A stretch of 64,000 nt of DNA from Macrostomum lignano (taxonomy: Eukaryota): NCBI GenBank assembly GCA_002269645.1, contig NIVC01000337.1, forward strand, positions 496,001-560,000, given 5' to 3'. The position numbers were made by a program, and so were the translations under genes. Each line of letters opens with the position of its first letter. Positions within the stretch are counted from its first letter, which is position 1. Below, in pieces: positions 12,241-25,400 of the stretch. Below the pieces are notes generated by a model. The model ran no database searches. It was given only the letters and a program-made list of their open reading frames with translations, and was not told the origin of the DNA.

Positions 12241-14422
12241 ATTTTCATATGCACACCGTATTCTTTCATTTATTTTAACAATATTCGTACGTATTATTAT
12301 CGCGCTATTTTTACTGTTAATTGCTTTGTTTTTGTAGCCTCGTATGTATTTATTCTATTATTTGTATTTCATTCATATCGTTATTATTTCTCGTAAAGTA
12401 GTTCTACCTATGTACTTGTACTGACATATGTTATTCTTGCTTGATATATTTATCGATTAATTTGTACATGTACATTGCGCGCCGCGTGGGGGGTTGTTTG
12501 TCTGGGTTTGGATTAAGGGTGTTGTTGTTATCTGTTTACCTTTAAATATATGCTTACACTGCAGTCAGCAGCCGCTCTCGCCCTTCCCCTTGCTTCGCTT
12601 CTCGACCTAGGCTTGCTAACCCTTAGCTGTGACGCTGTCTGGCCTGGCCTCCTTACACCAACTCTTCCGCCGTCTACCTTGGCACACCAATTAGTTAATT
12701 AAGTGATCCAGCAATTTTAAGCAGCACTAGCAAAAGTCTAAGGGTTGAAGCGGCTTGCCGATCTGCTAATTAATCGTGAACTATCTAAATTAACCGCTAC
12801 ACAAATCCGTCTTATTCGCCTTATTCGTCACAGAGTGAAGAGTAGTATCAAGTCCAAGTTAGACGACGATAGGCCGAATTAAAAGTGGAAGAAAGAACTG
12901 ATAATTCTTAATACGTTATTATTAATTAATATATTAATACTAAATCATATTTTTTACTGAGTGGCAACTGCTGCGTATTAGGCCTGTAAATAGCTGCGTG
13001 TGAAAACTTATATTTGTTTATTATGGCTGCTAAAAATTCAAAAGTTGAACTGTAATGTACTTGACATACTATGACTTGTAGGTTCAGTAAAAGGGTTTGT
13101 AACTACTTATAGTAACGTACTACATGTAGTAATGGAATTTTTAGTTACATAAATTGTTACATTCTGAAAACATTTAGTTTAAGCGGATAAGCCTCTTTGT
13201 TCACTTTGGTGAGGAAGCGACACCCAGTCTGTCGCGTCCTACTTTCTTCTACACAGTCAACCTGCTCTTGTTTTGAAAACTTGGGATCTGACTTTTGGTG
13301 TTACAGTTTTCCTTTAAGTCTTGTCTATATCTGCCCGTGCACGGTATCATTTTGGCCGCAAGAATACAACTGCTACCAACTCAAACTGCTACCAAACTCA
13401 AACTGCTACCAATTCAAACTGCTACCAAATAAAGCAGAACCCTAAACTCGAATATTTTTATCATTCATCATGAGAATCAAGTGTATAGGCTGGGGTCTCC
13501 AACCTGCCTCGGTAAAAGAAGATCCGATCCGGTTGTTTTCATCCACAAGTTTCCTTCAATCGATAAGCTAGATCTGTGCTAAACGAGTGGATTGCCGTTC
13601 ATTCTAGAGATTTGCAACGGATCCCGAGTTTGCAACTCTCAGCAGGTTAATTTGTTCTCTGAATTTTCTTGACAGACTTCAGGGATTCTAACAACCCAAA
13701 TCATAAAAGGCAGACAGCTGACGGTCCATCTGTGGCTATAGCCAGCCCACTTTGGGAGATCGGCATGTTGACAGAAGATGCATCTTCCCGAATGCGTACG
13801 AGCCGTACATTCTAATAAGTATTTTTGAGAGTGTCTGGCATGTTTTAGGTCTCCAGATCGGCCAGTCAGAGTCATACTAGGCTTGTTCAATCAGAAAAAT
13901 TCGCTTTAAGTATAACAAAGCAATCAGTTCAAACCGAAAAATCGACGCTTGGTATAACAAAACGACTCGAAACCTCGACTCAAACACAGCAATTTTGAGA
14001 GACGACCAATACACATGGATTTTAAATATACATTTTGTACATTTTAAATTTCAAATAAAAAACTGCATCCTTGAATCTCTGGATTGTTTTGCGGTGCTCA
14101 AGTGCAGGCCGGACTAAGCGCTTTAAGTGTTTCAATGAAATTTTAACAACAGAAAGCAGTTGCAAATAAATAATAACAGCTCTGACACAAGCAGTATGTA
14201 TTTTGGTATTTTTTAAGCGTTTAGGCGTGTAAGAAATGTTAAATTACTGTTAAGTTTGGCAATTTTCAATAATGCGTATACATAAGAGGTACCAAAAGTT
14301 TTCCAGCAATTTCATGGGTTGAGCGGTTGCACGCCTTGACCAAGAAGTACTGCATAGGATCTTGGTCATTTTGTATTTATTTTTAGCCAAATATCATTTT
14401 AAGGATATTAGGATAAAACTGC

Positions 14423-17400
14423 TCAAGTGCTAGTGCCGCTTTTTACTGCCAACTTCCGGGCCGAGTGGTCGTACATCTTAATCAAATTCACGAATACCTG
14501 GTCCAGCGACATCTGGTAGAGAGCCCAGTAGCTCACCCCCATACGGCTCTGGTTGGCTGCCAACCATTTCAGTGCGGGTGACAGGCTCCGCACCGCGGGC
14601 TTGGGTACCGAAAACCGCATGACAAAACCCAGGCCGAGGTCCTCCTGTGTATGCGCTCCTTTGAACTGCTCTACAACTGCGTTCTTGATGGATAGCCTCT
14701 TCTGTCTGACTGCCGACTCGCCATCCGGAGCCAGCAGCAGCTCCAAGGTGTACGCGTCTCCGTGACTGCAAGGAAAGTACAAAAGTTATATAAGGATAAA
14801 AATACCGTTACGTATAATAGGCTGGAGTTGATCTCTGTTGACAGTACTGGTAGCTACGAAGAATAAAAATGACCAGGATGTGAACAGTGCATCAACATGC
14901 ACGCCTGACAGTCATTATGAGTCATGCTACTTATAGATATGGCATGCTGTGGTGTGGCGACTGCTGGTTAAATTCAATGTAGGAGGAATCTACTCGAAGA
15001 ACTGTAACCTTCTCTTGACTAAAAGCTCAGGGCTAACCAAATTTCTGGGGCCTACTGGTTAAGTACGCTCGTAGTTCTTTGGTAGCGGGTTAAGGTCTGG
15101 CGCTAAGGTTCCTGAGATCGATTCTGTGCCTGGTCTTAATCTGCGGCGCCTCTTGGCCTTAGATTTTTAGAGCGATTCTTACCCATTAGGACCGACCCCA
15201 GGGCACAGACTGCGTACATGCTTGAAGACAACGGAATCAAGACCACTGTACACCCTGCGTGAGCGCGTGCCTACGTACGAAATCTAATAATGCGTGTGCA
15301 AGCTCAGGCGTCGCATTTGGGGCGAAGTACGTATCCGTCGCTTTTATTTGCGACAAGACAATGCCTCTTGGAGTGCTTGCTCTCAACAGATTGTTTTTCT
15401 CAGGTTCAAATTTGACTTAATAAGCATTTGGATTCAATTTGAACGATGGGCAGCACCTGGTGATTTTTAGTTATTTGGCTATAAAGACTAAATTAGGGTT
15501 TGGGTTTTTACATGGTGTCCTCAGAAGAGCGTACTGTCATATGGGATGCTATGATGCAGCGAGGCTGCATTGGCTGTCAAAGTTGACTGAAATAGCTCAT
15601 ATTCAGTTTTGCCTGACCTGCCTGAATACACACTGCTCACGAGCTGGAGACAATGCAGACTGCTCAATAAAGTCCAATTCGCACTGCCATCAAGTCAAAC
15701 GACCGATGTAAAAAGGAACGAAAGTTGAAGTACAAGTAATTTGGTTTAATTTGATGGCACTGTGAACGAGCCATAATTCACAACACAAAAATATTTCATG
15801 CTGCTAATTAATAGACTCACCGACTCTGCAGCTGCTGCACGGTGCCCACTGAAATCATGCGGCCTTTGTTCATGATGCCGACCCGACTGCACAGGGCTTC
15901 GACCTCCTCCATACTGTGGGTCGTAACTATGACCGACCTCTGCTGATGCACCATGCGGCGGATGGCACCCCAGATGAAGCGCTTGTTCTCGGGATCAACG
16001 CCGGTCGAAGCCTCGTCAATAACGATAAGTGCCGGGTTGCCGAGCATGGCGATGGCGAGGCAGAGACGCCGCTTGTTGCCGCCCGAAAGCTGACCGGCTT
16101 GCTTGTCGCAGTGCTGCGCCAGGCCCAGGCTCTGCATCAGACAGATCGTCTGTCGCTCCGCTTCGATCGTATCAAGTCCGCGGATGGCCGCGTAAAAGCG
16201 AATGTGCTCGGCGACGGTGATGCTGTTGAAAAGTGGATTGTGCTGAGGGCAGTAGCCGATGGTGCCGACTGTGGCTCCCTCCCGACCGGAAATCCAGGCA
16301 CCGTCATGCACGCGGACCTCACAAACGCCCTCCGTCGCAGCCTCCTCGCCGACAATGACCGACATGGAGGTGGACTTACCGGCTCCGTTGGCGCCCAGCA
16401 GACCGAAGATCTCGCCGGCCATCGTTCCGAAGGTGATGCCTCGCACAGCGTGGACTCCGTTTGCGTGAATCTTTTGTAGCTTCCGTACTTCCAGCACGTT
16501 CTTGGAGTTCCTGGGAGCCGCCAGCACCCTCTCCGTCTCTTTGCGAGCGCCTTCTTCCATGTCGCTTTCGGGTTTGTTAGGCATGGTCTGGGAGCCGCCG
16601 TGGCAAAGAATCTCTTTGACAACTTCTTTTTTCTCAACGAAGAAAATAATGCCGCTCAGAATGATAATGTGCACTGGCATTGCTATCAAACAGTTGAGTA
16701 TCTCCTGTTGCTTCCACAGACTTTCAGCCATACCAGGCAGTTCGGAACCGTCAACTGTTTGATAATACTCAGCCTTGAAGAAATAGTACAACATGCAGTG
16801 AAACACAAGGCCAGTAGGGGCTGCAGGCGGAACTGTCCAAATCAGCACGTTAAAAATATAAGCGGGGAAGTAAGTTAGTAATGTGAAGGCTGCAGGCAAT
16901 AACACTCCGACCAACACGCAAACCGTTGAGACAAGGGTGTTGTGAGTCTTTATAAGAACAGCGATGGCGTACATTGTCAGCAGGTTGGACACAAGTCCAA
17001 AGAAAAACAATGGTAGAAGTGCAGCAAGAATAAGATACGCGCGCCTGTATGCCTCTGTAACCATTAACAGCCCGATGGCTAATGCGTAGAAAATCGCATA
17101 CTGGACCCAGTGCATCAAAAATGTGTTGATCCAATAGGCTAGATGCGTCATGCCAGTGGACAAGAGGTAGCCGCGCACCCTGCTGCATATGTCCTCAACT
17201 GGATCGCTCAAATATGAGATTGGGAGCAATGGGATCACTAATAAAAACACTATTAACGGCCAGCCGGTTCTGGCAAGTCTCGTCTCCCTACTATTTATTA
17301 CAGCGAGAGCCGTAGTGTTTTCGTGTTCTGCCATTCCAAAAAAATTCAGCATTGCGACTAGCGCTCTTCTGTGAATATGCACTTTGGATTTGGAGATATC

Positions 17401-20400
17401 TTTTCCAAAGAAAACACCAATGCTTACGGACCGGCCCTTGTTTGACACATTCTTTTGCCAGGAAGAGGCGTAGTACAAAACGCACGGAGTATACCATTTT
17501 TTATTATCATCTATATATCTATAGTTCCATAGCATATAGTACACATGATCATGAAAAAATTTATCAGACATAAGTTCCTCTATCCCCAAAAATGGAGGCT
17601 TTTCTATAACAATGGGCGGAAGAGGCTCGTCTTTTCTAGTTGCATCTCGAAGAGCAAGCCTCTTGCAGTCATCCACTGAGATGTAATTCGCGGCCCCATC
17701 AGAGATGCACACAATTGGTATTGCCTGTATACCAAAGTCTTCCACTCTAAACAACATCGGCTTGACCAGAATATCCATCTGCATCAATTCGAGCTTGCTT
17801 TCTTCAACTTTTTTAAACCCGGTTTTAGACGTAGCGGTGCTAACAGCCATCAGTGTGAGCAAGGCGGCCGGAACCAGGAACCTGCTTGCTAGATTAGCCT
17901 TTACCCGCACTTGTCGCTTGATATTGATCTTGAACAGAGCGGAAACTGACCTGTAACGAAGGTTCTCATTTTGGTTGAGCTTGTCATCAGTTGATCAGAT
18001 GCTTCCTTCACCTCGGGAGTCTCAACCGGAACACTAAGGATTTCGGTACGCTGAGGGAGCAGCAGCGTTCCTGCGCGAAAGGCTTTGATGATATCTTCCG
18101 AGTCCATCCCACCAAGCCTCATGAACACGTCGTCAAGAGATGCCTGCGATAAGCCAAACGTTTCTACCTCTCCGCTCGTCTCCAGAATTTGAACTGCTTC
18201 TGTCAACACAGCCGAGTCCATAGCAGGAACCTCAAGCTGGAGCTCCGTATCGATGTGACTCTTCACTCGGATCTGTTTCAGCTTGGTCAGTAGTGGCTGC
18301 ACTCCAGTCTTGGACTTCAGTGACACGTTCAGTGTAAAGCTGCAGCCAAACGCTTGCTTTAAAAACATCGAAGACCCCGCGCACACGATCTTGCCGCCGC
18401 ACAAAAAGATTTTGCGGTCTGCAAGAATGTCCGCCTCATCCATGAATTGAGTGCACAGAATAATGGAGCGGCAGCTCTTCTCCTCCTGTAGCAGCTGCCA
18501 CAGCTGTCGCCTCGACACCGGATCCAGACCGCTGGTGGGTTCGTCAAGAAACACAACATCCGGGTCGCCCAACAGAGCCAAGATCGTGCTCACCTTCCTC
18601 TTTTGCCCGCCACTCAGGTCGCACGAACGCACATTCTCCTTGTCTTCCAAGCCGAGTCTCTGGAGCATACTCCGAGCTTTCTCCAGCTCGCTTTTACTGG
18701 CCAATCTGCTGAGCATAGTGACTCGGATGCAGTCCATTACGGTGAGCGCGTCGCAAAGGTCGTCGAACTGAGGGCAGATACTAATCCGTCCTCTAAGCGA
18801 TAGACGGAGCAGCGGGTTCGTCACTAGACAGCCGCCGATATAGGCCGTTCCCTCGTCTGGCAGCTCATCGCCTGTGAGGATCTTGACGAGGGTTGACTTG
18901 CCTGCGCCGTTGTGTCCGATGAGAGCCGTGATCTGGCCTCGGTAAATCTTGCCTGCAGTTGTTGAAAGGAGATGAATGATTGTCGAGTTCCATTATTAAT
19001 TTCTTACTAGCATCACAATAGCACTCTAGATAGGCCAGCAAATAAATGCTCGAACAAGCGCCGATCGAAGAATTTATTGCACCATTACACTTCCCCTGAG
19101 CAGAAAAAAACATTTTGATCTCTGCCTTTCCGGCCGTCTTTCCCCCCCTATAATGATATGCTGAGCAATGGTTTTCTGATGCTCTTCTACTTTTCGGCGC
19201 CTTGCGTTTTCTCTCCCTCTATTTACTTTTTTGTACATCGTAGGTACGGCTTCATTGCTAAAAACGCCCAGATCTTCTAAATCCCTAGACCTCTTTTTTC
19301 CTCACATGTTTGAACGGAATTTTTCAGGAATAAAATATCTGTACTAGTATTGTTTTACTTTAGTATGTTGATAGTAACCTTCATTCAATCAATTTTATAC
19401 AAAAAATGAAAACTAATGTCAATTCACACCATGTAAAAAGTTGTCTTATTGTCGTTTAATCGAATCTAAATATACTAAATCTCTAAGGTTTGTATGCTTG
19501 TATTTACTAATTGTGAAGCAAGGCGTTTGCATTCACGTTAATTAACTTACACGATAGCTTCTTCAGCACGGCGGGCACGTCAGAGCAGCAAAAGCACAAA
19601 CTTCTGTAGGTCTTTGTGATGTCATTGACAACGATAATTGGTGACAGCCCCATCACCGGTTCGATGTGGGGCTCTGCCTTCTCCGCCGTAACTTGACCCG
19701 CACCCTGAGCAGTATCGTTCTCATCCTTCTTGCCTCGCTGGCTCCAGAAGGCGGGCATGAACGGGTATTGCGGCGGCAGACAAAGACCGTTTCCGCTGCT
19801 CAGGATGAAGTCCAGGTAAGTCAGCAGCAAGAATAGCAGCAGTAGCCCGATAGCCGTCCAGTTTTGGATTTGAGAAAGCCGCCCGGAGTTGTCGTCTTCT
19901 TGCTTAATTTCGGAGAATTGACGTCTGACTTCCGAACTGAGCAGCTTGGTGATGTATTCAGTGGCGAACAGTGGGGAGAAAATGTACAATAGGAATTTAT
20001 ACTTCTCTTGGGGTGGTGGCTTGATGAACTCTGTCACCAGCAAGCCGATGCTTATGACAGTAGCCAGTATTGACAAACCAATCGTTGACGGCATCAGCAG
20101 CTCCAGAAGCAGCAAGACGGCAGCAAAGTTGAGGCAAAACAATGTCAAGAAGACGAAGAGTCGAGCCATGGCTGAAGCTGGAAAAACACCGGGGCACTGC
20201 AGTGCGTTCGATGCCGTGAACACACCGGCGAACAGGAGGCACTCAACCAGAGTGATGAGCCAAATAACCAGCCAGTAAACGGACACCGACAGGCCGCTCC
20301 GAAACAGTCGCTGCAGGAAGCCACCGATCTTTAGCGCCCGGACGCAGGTTATGGTAGAGATGAGCATATAGAAGGTCACTCCACCTGCTGCTAAACTGAC

Positions 20401-21207
20401 TGTGAATCGCACAGTTGCGTGTATCAAACGTATAAAATAATTCTTTTTAATGTACTTTGCACAAATTGACTGCGGCAATGATATTGACGCCGCAATATTC
20501 CGTTTTTTAATATTGTTGCGCTCAGTTGGTTTACGAGTAGGTTTCAGAGAAGGGTCTTTGTAAAACACTTCGAACTGTTGCACATCAGCAAATCTGTCGA
20601 GTCCAAGCCTTTTCTGCGTTGAAAGTATCAACACTTTGTACAAAAATGCGCATCTGATGTCCCGGAATAACGTAGAGGTGGGCATAAAAATTTTACCTAA
20701 GCATTCCAACACCGTCCTAGATTTTTCGGGAGTTTTGGAGTAGCGTATCAGCGCTACGATGGCTGGATTGGTCCGATGGATATTAAACCGCTCTCTGCAG
20801 TCCGTCTCTGGCCCGCAGTCCTCAATCCAGTCGGCATTTCCACCTGCCGCAGTCATGAGGCTGGTTGCGGCAGCCGCCTCAGCCGGGAAGGCTGACCGGT
20901 CAACTAGAACTTTGGATTTCGACGCCGCAAAGTCGGAGGCGGTGTATAGGATGACTGTTTTGTTAGCATTTATTTCATCCAATGAAGAACTGACGTCCCC
21001 TTTAAGGGAAACAGCCGCTATTGGCAGGACATAAAGGTTGGACATCATTAGTGCGATGGGCACAACAATCACGAGGAGGCGCCAAGCCTTGAGCTTCAGC
21101 AGCAGCAGGAGCAGCAGTACGAACTGCTCGAAGAACCCGCCGGCGCTCAGGTTCTGCTCCGGCTTGGGCACGGCTGACGGCTGCTTCTTGCTTGGGTCGA
21201 GCGGCAT
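14423..21207 (-). CDS. ABCA: ABCA-subfamily full ABC transporter (TMD-NBD-TMD-NBD, about 1700 aa). Exons 21207-19551, 18952-15821 (contains a frame break near 17994-17901) and 14765-14423
   Basis: NBD1: GHNGAGKST, LSGGQKRK, VVFLDEPTSGLD. NBD2: GANGAGKST, LSGGNKRRL, TTHSMEEVEALC. Multi-pass hydrophobic segments and a C-terminal SLDQVF motif. Junctions tcgt|gtaagt...ctgcag|gc and cg|gtgagt...ttgcag|t are phase-consistent. Confidence 0.9.
15080..15370 (+). mobile_element. Diverged tRNA-derived SINE related to the 24.8 kb and 62 kb family
   Basis: Degenerate A- and B-box-like motifs (tggtagcgggtt ... gagatcgattct). The core ccactgtacaccctgcgtgagcgcgtgcctacgtacg resembles ccgctgtacactcctgtgtgagtgtgtgcctgcgtacg in the other SINEs. 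Lies in the last ABCA intron. Confidence 0.45.
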
Positions 21208-21994
21208 TCGGAAGTTTCTTCAGAGTGGCCACAAAGCCGCCTTTGTTGCAGGGAAGCCTGGCTGCCGTTCTCAGATTGCTATAGCTAGGAATGGTCTCAA
21301 GTTCTCTTCCTATACTGACCGCCTTTAGGCTGATTTGCCCAGCTCTCGGACTTAGCACACCGAGATCAGGAGTGCCGGAATTTCGGCAAGCACTAAGCAT
21401 CTCAGTTTGGTCTATGGTGCGTTCAGCTATTGTTATTTTTAGTAGCTCATGCACTTAGCTGATGAAGAGTGAAGACTGAGCAACCGGTTCGAATCAACCT
21501 ATTTTGGACACTCGTCCAGAAGCCCCACATGTAGAATACAGTCTCCCAACCGGTACCAAAAGTTGGTGGTAGCAGCGGAAAGCAAATACAAATTGAAACA
21601 AAAATCGATCCTTCACTACTGACTCAAAACATAAATTGTAACAAATAAATGAAAAGAGTATTTTCTTCAATAGCTGTGTTATTGGCATATTTATGAGCGT
21701 AGATTTATTTCAATCAGATCTGGTCAAGCATTTGTATTTTAAAGATGTATTGAGTAGAAGGCAGTTGTAAAATAAAATAGGAGCGTAACTTTGCCATCAT
21801 TTAAACCGGTCTTCGAGCTTACTAATCTTTACAAAGGTGCACGCCAACATACAGAGAGAGAGAGAGAGCATTGAATTTTGGAAACTAAAAGAGATAATTA
21901 CAAGCTCAAATAATAATGAAAAAAGATACGATTAGCCTGCCTGCAGGGAATTGCATGGTGTGTAAGAGAACAGCAATGCTGAGATTTTCTTGTT

Positions 21995-22350
21995 CCAATT
22001 CCTTATCTGCTCAGCCACCTCACTCCGAATCCTTATCTGTGCAGCCACCCCACTCCGAATCCTTATCTGTGCAGCCACCCCACTCCAATTCCTTATCTGC
22101 TGTGCAGCCACCCCACTCCAATTCCTCCTCTGTGCAGCCACCCCACTCCAATTCCTTATCTGCTGTGCAGCCACCCCACTCCAATTCCTCCTCTGTGCAG
22201 CCACCCCACTCCGATTCCTTATCTGCGCAGCCACCCCACTCCGAATCCTTATCTGTGCAGCCACCCCACTCCGAATCCTTATTTGTGCAGCCACCCCACT
22301 CCGAATCCTTATCTGCGCAGCCACCCCACTCCGATTCCTTATCTGTGCAG
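21995..22350. repeat. 30/33-bp minisatellite (cagccaccccactccgaatccttatctgtg)
   Basis: About 11 copies, giving repetitive ORFs in several frames. Confidence 0.95.
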
Positions 22351-22485
22351 CCAGCCCCATCTATACCAACTACATGCACAACACCAGCAAGGCTACAATT
22401 ATTTTAACTGACCAGTTGTTTTCATGTAAATCCTAACTCAAACTGTAAATTCCCGCCAGTCAACAAGGTGGAAAGCACGATCAGG

Positions 22486-25400
22486 TCACGGCACCGGGGG
22501 CAGGTGCTCCCGCACCGCCTGCAGAATCCGCGCCCTCGGCCCCTTCGGCAGGCCGATGCCACGCAGGCCCCGATCGTCCAGGCACACCAGCTCGCGCACG
22601 CCGATGTTGTGCTGCTCAAAGTGCGGAATGTACTGCCCATAGCCCAGGTAGTCGAGGAACTGTCGCAGGAACGGCGGCTCCGATCCGAAGAACCTGCATT
22701 GAACGATGAGTACGAACTTCATTATTGTATAAATATCACTTCTAAATCTACCATACCATCCCACCTGTAAGCTTCAAACCATCTACTTTCCCACACCTGT
22801 TTTCCCGTACATTTATTTCTCTCACATCCGTTCCCCTCACGTCCCGTTCCCCTCACACCTGTTCTCCTCACACCTGTTCCCCTCACACCTGTTCCCCTCA
22901 CACCTGTTCCCCTCACACCTGTTCCCCTCACACCTGTTCCCCTCACACCTGTTCCCCTCACACCTGTTCCCCTCACACCTGTTCCCCTCACACCGGTTCC
23001 CCTCAGCAGACAATACAAAAAGATAAAACTTCAGCAGACCAGGAGAGCTTCTTGTGCCGCAAAGGGTTCGTCATGTAGCCAAGTATTCCCGGACGGTCTG
23101 GCGGCCAGTCTCGTTGCCATGGCAACCCAGTCCCGATGCCATTGCCGATCGGTCTGAGAAAGTCCGCTTCGTCCCCATCAGCAGACGGCTCGTCCAGGTG
23201 GCCGCTGCCGGCCTGTTGAAGCGACTGCAGGCCGTCCAGCTGCACTTGTTGCGGGTCACTCGAGGACATCAGGCTGAGAGCCTGGTTCAGGCGCTGGCTC
23301 AGGTGGGTCACGTGCCGCTCCAGGCGTCGGACACGATGCTCGAGCGCTCTAGTTGAAATGAATGAATTGGTTTTTTAACTCGTAATTCAAATCTGCTGAC
23401 TTGCCAGACTTATTGATGAACAAAGCTTTCTGCAGCTTCTATGGTATTTTCTATTGTAGCTTGGAATTTAGAGAGAGATAATTATGAAAGATAGTGATGA
23501 GAGGTAATGATAAGATAGATAATGATGAGAGAGATAATGATGAGATAGATAATAATGAGAGAGATAATGATGAGATAGATAATGATGAGATAGATAATAA
23601 TGAGAGAGATAATGATGAGATAGATAATAATGAGAGAGATAATGATAAGATAGATAGTGATGAGAGATAATGATGAGAGAGATAATGATGAGAGAGATAA
23701 TGATGAGAGAGATAATGACGAGAGAGATAATGATGAAAGAGATAATGATGAGAGAGATAATGATGAGAGAGATAATGATGAGAGAGATAATGATGAGAGA
23801 GATAATGATGAGAGAGATAATGATGAGAGAGATAATGATGAGAGAGATAATGATGAGAGAGATAATGATGAGAGAGATAATGATGAGACCACGGCGCACC
23901 ATGCGCATAGTGAAAGTCCGGCATCTATGAAATTGAGGCCTCAATGACAACTTCAATAATTTTGTGAGGTGTTGTGCCATCACCATGTCCACCATTTCCC
24001 TTCTAGCCTGAGTACAAAGCGGCTTCTCCAACCCCCTGGGGCACCTGACGGCCGCCCCGCTGCTGCCAGACGAGGAGCCCGAGAAAGTGTCGGCCTCGTC
24101 ATCGAGACTGTCCGAGCGGGCGGAGGCCGAGCTGCCGTCAGTCGAGCGGCGCCTTCGCCGTCCGCCTCTCCGCCGACTTTTCGAGCCGCCGGACCGTCGC
24201 CGGTCGGACTCGCCTCGCCGATGTCGCCGTTTCGACGACCTGCCGTCCGGCCGGGCGGCGGCTGCGGCGGTGGAGGCGGCGGACTTCCGGCCGAACTGCG
24301 GCGGCGGCGGGGGTGGCGGCGCGGGCGGCGGATGCTTCGGCGGAGGCGGTCGCGGCGGCGGCTGCGGTCGCTCAGGCGGCGCCACCTTCGGGCTGGCGAC
24401 CTCGGAGCTGCCCGGCCGGCTGAAGTCGAGCTCCGCCAACGGTTCCTCCTCGCCTTCGTCGTTGCTGACGCTGGCCAGCCTGGCGTTGTTGGCGGCGGCA
24501 ACCGCGGCAACAGCGGACGCAACGGCATCCCGGTTCATCGCGACCGGCTGGTCGGGCTCGAAGGCTGCGTTGGCCCGGCCGCTGGCGGGGGACTTGGGCT
24601 GATAGCTGGATGGCGGGAGAGACTTGGGCTGATAGCTGGATGGCGGGGGACTTGGGCTGATAGCTGGATGGCGGGGCTGATAGCTGGATGGCGGGAGAGA
24701 CTTGGGCTGATAGCTGGATGGCGGGGGACTTATGCTGATAGCTGGATGGCGGGGCTGATGGCTGGATGGTGGGAGAGACTTGGGCTGATAGCTGGATGGT
24801 GGGGCTGATTTTTTTTATTTATTAGAGGCAGGGGGGTTGTGTGCACCCTGGCGCACTTTAAGCGACACAGGCACACAACCGGCGAGAGGCATTACTGCCC
24901 ATTCCGCCGACTCCCCTGAGCAGGCATACAAGCGCGCGGATACGTTACGCAGGCACACACTCACACAGGAGTGTACAGCGGCCCTAACTTTATCAATTGT
25001 TAGGCATGTACACTTCACTGCGCCTTGGGGGGTTGGCTCTCAAGGCCGTTAATTGCACGAGCAGAGCCAAGCCGAGATTCCAATTCAGCCCCAAATTAAT
25101 GTGACTGCACTTGGAATCGAGCCTGGGTCGCTGGCACACCAGAGCAGCTGCGCTACCGCTGGGCTACGGCCCCCCTTATGGTGGGGCTGATGGCTGGATG
25201 GTGGGGCTGATAGCTGGATGGTGGGGCTGATAGCTGGATGGTGGGGCTGATAGCTGGATGGTGGGGCTGATAGCTGGATGGTGGGGCTGATAGCTGGATG
25301 GTGGGGCTGATAGCTGGATGGTGGGGCTGATAGCTGGATGGTGGGGCTGATAGCTGGATGGTGGGGCTGATGGCTGGATGGTGGGGCTGATAGCTGGATG

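Noticed and set aside
13440-13900. Possible decayed transposase or exon
   Set aside because: Translations I examined on both strands had multiple stops and no recognisable motif.
21002-21454. 150-aa ORF overlapping the ABCA start in another frame
   Set aside because: No domain similarity; likely a chance ORF across the 5' UTR or upstream region.
23468-24538. 356-aa ORF with a hydrophobic IIISL tail
   Set aside because: Only 24581-24045 is exon; the tail is read-through into intron 9 and its minisatellite.
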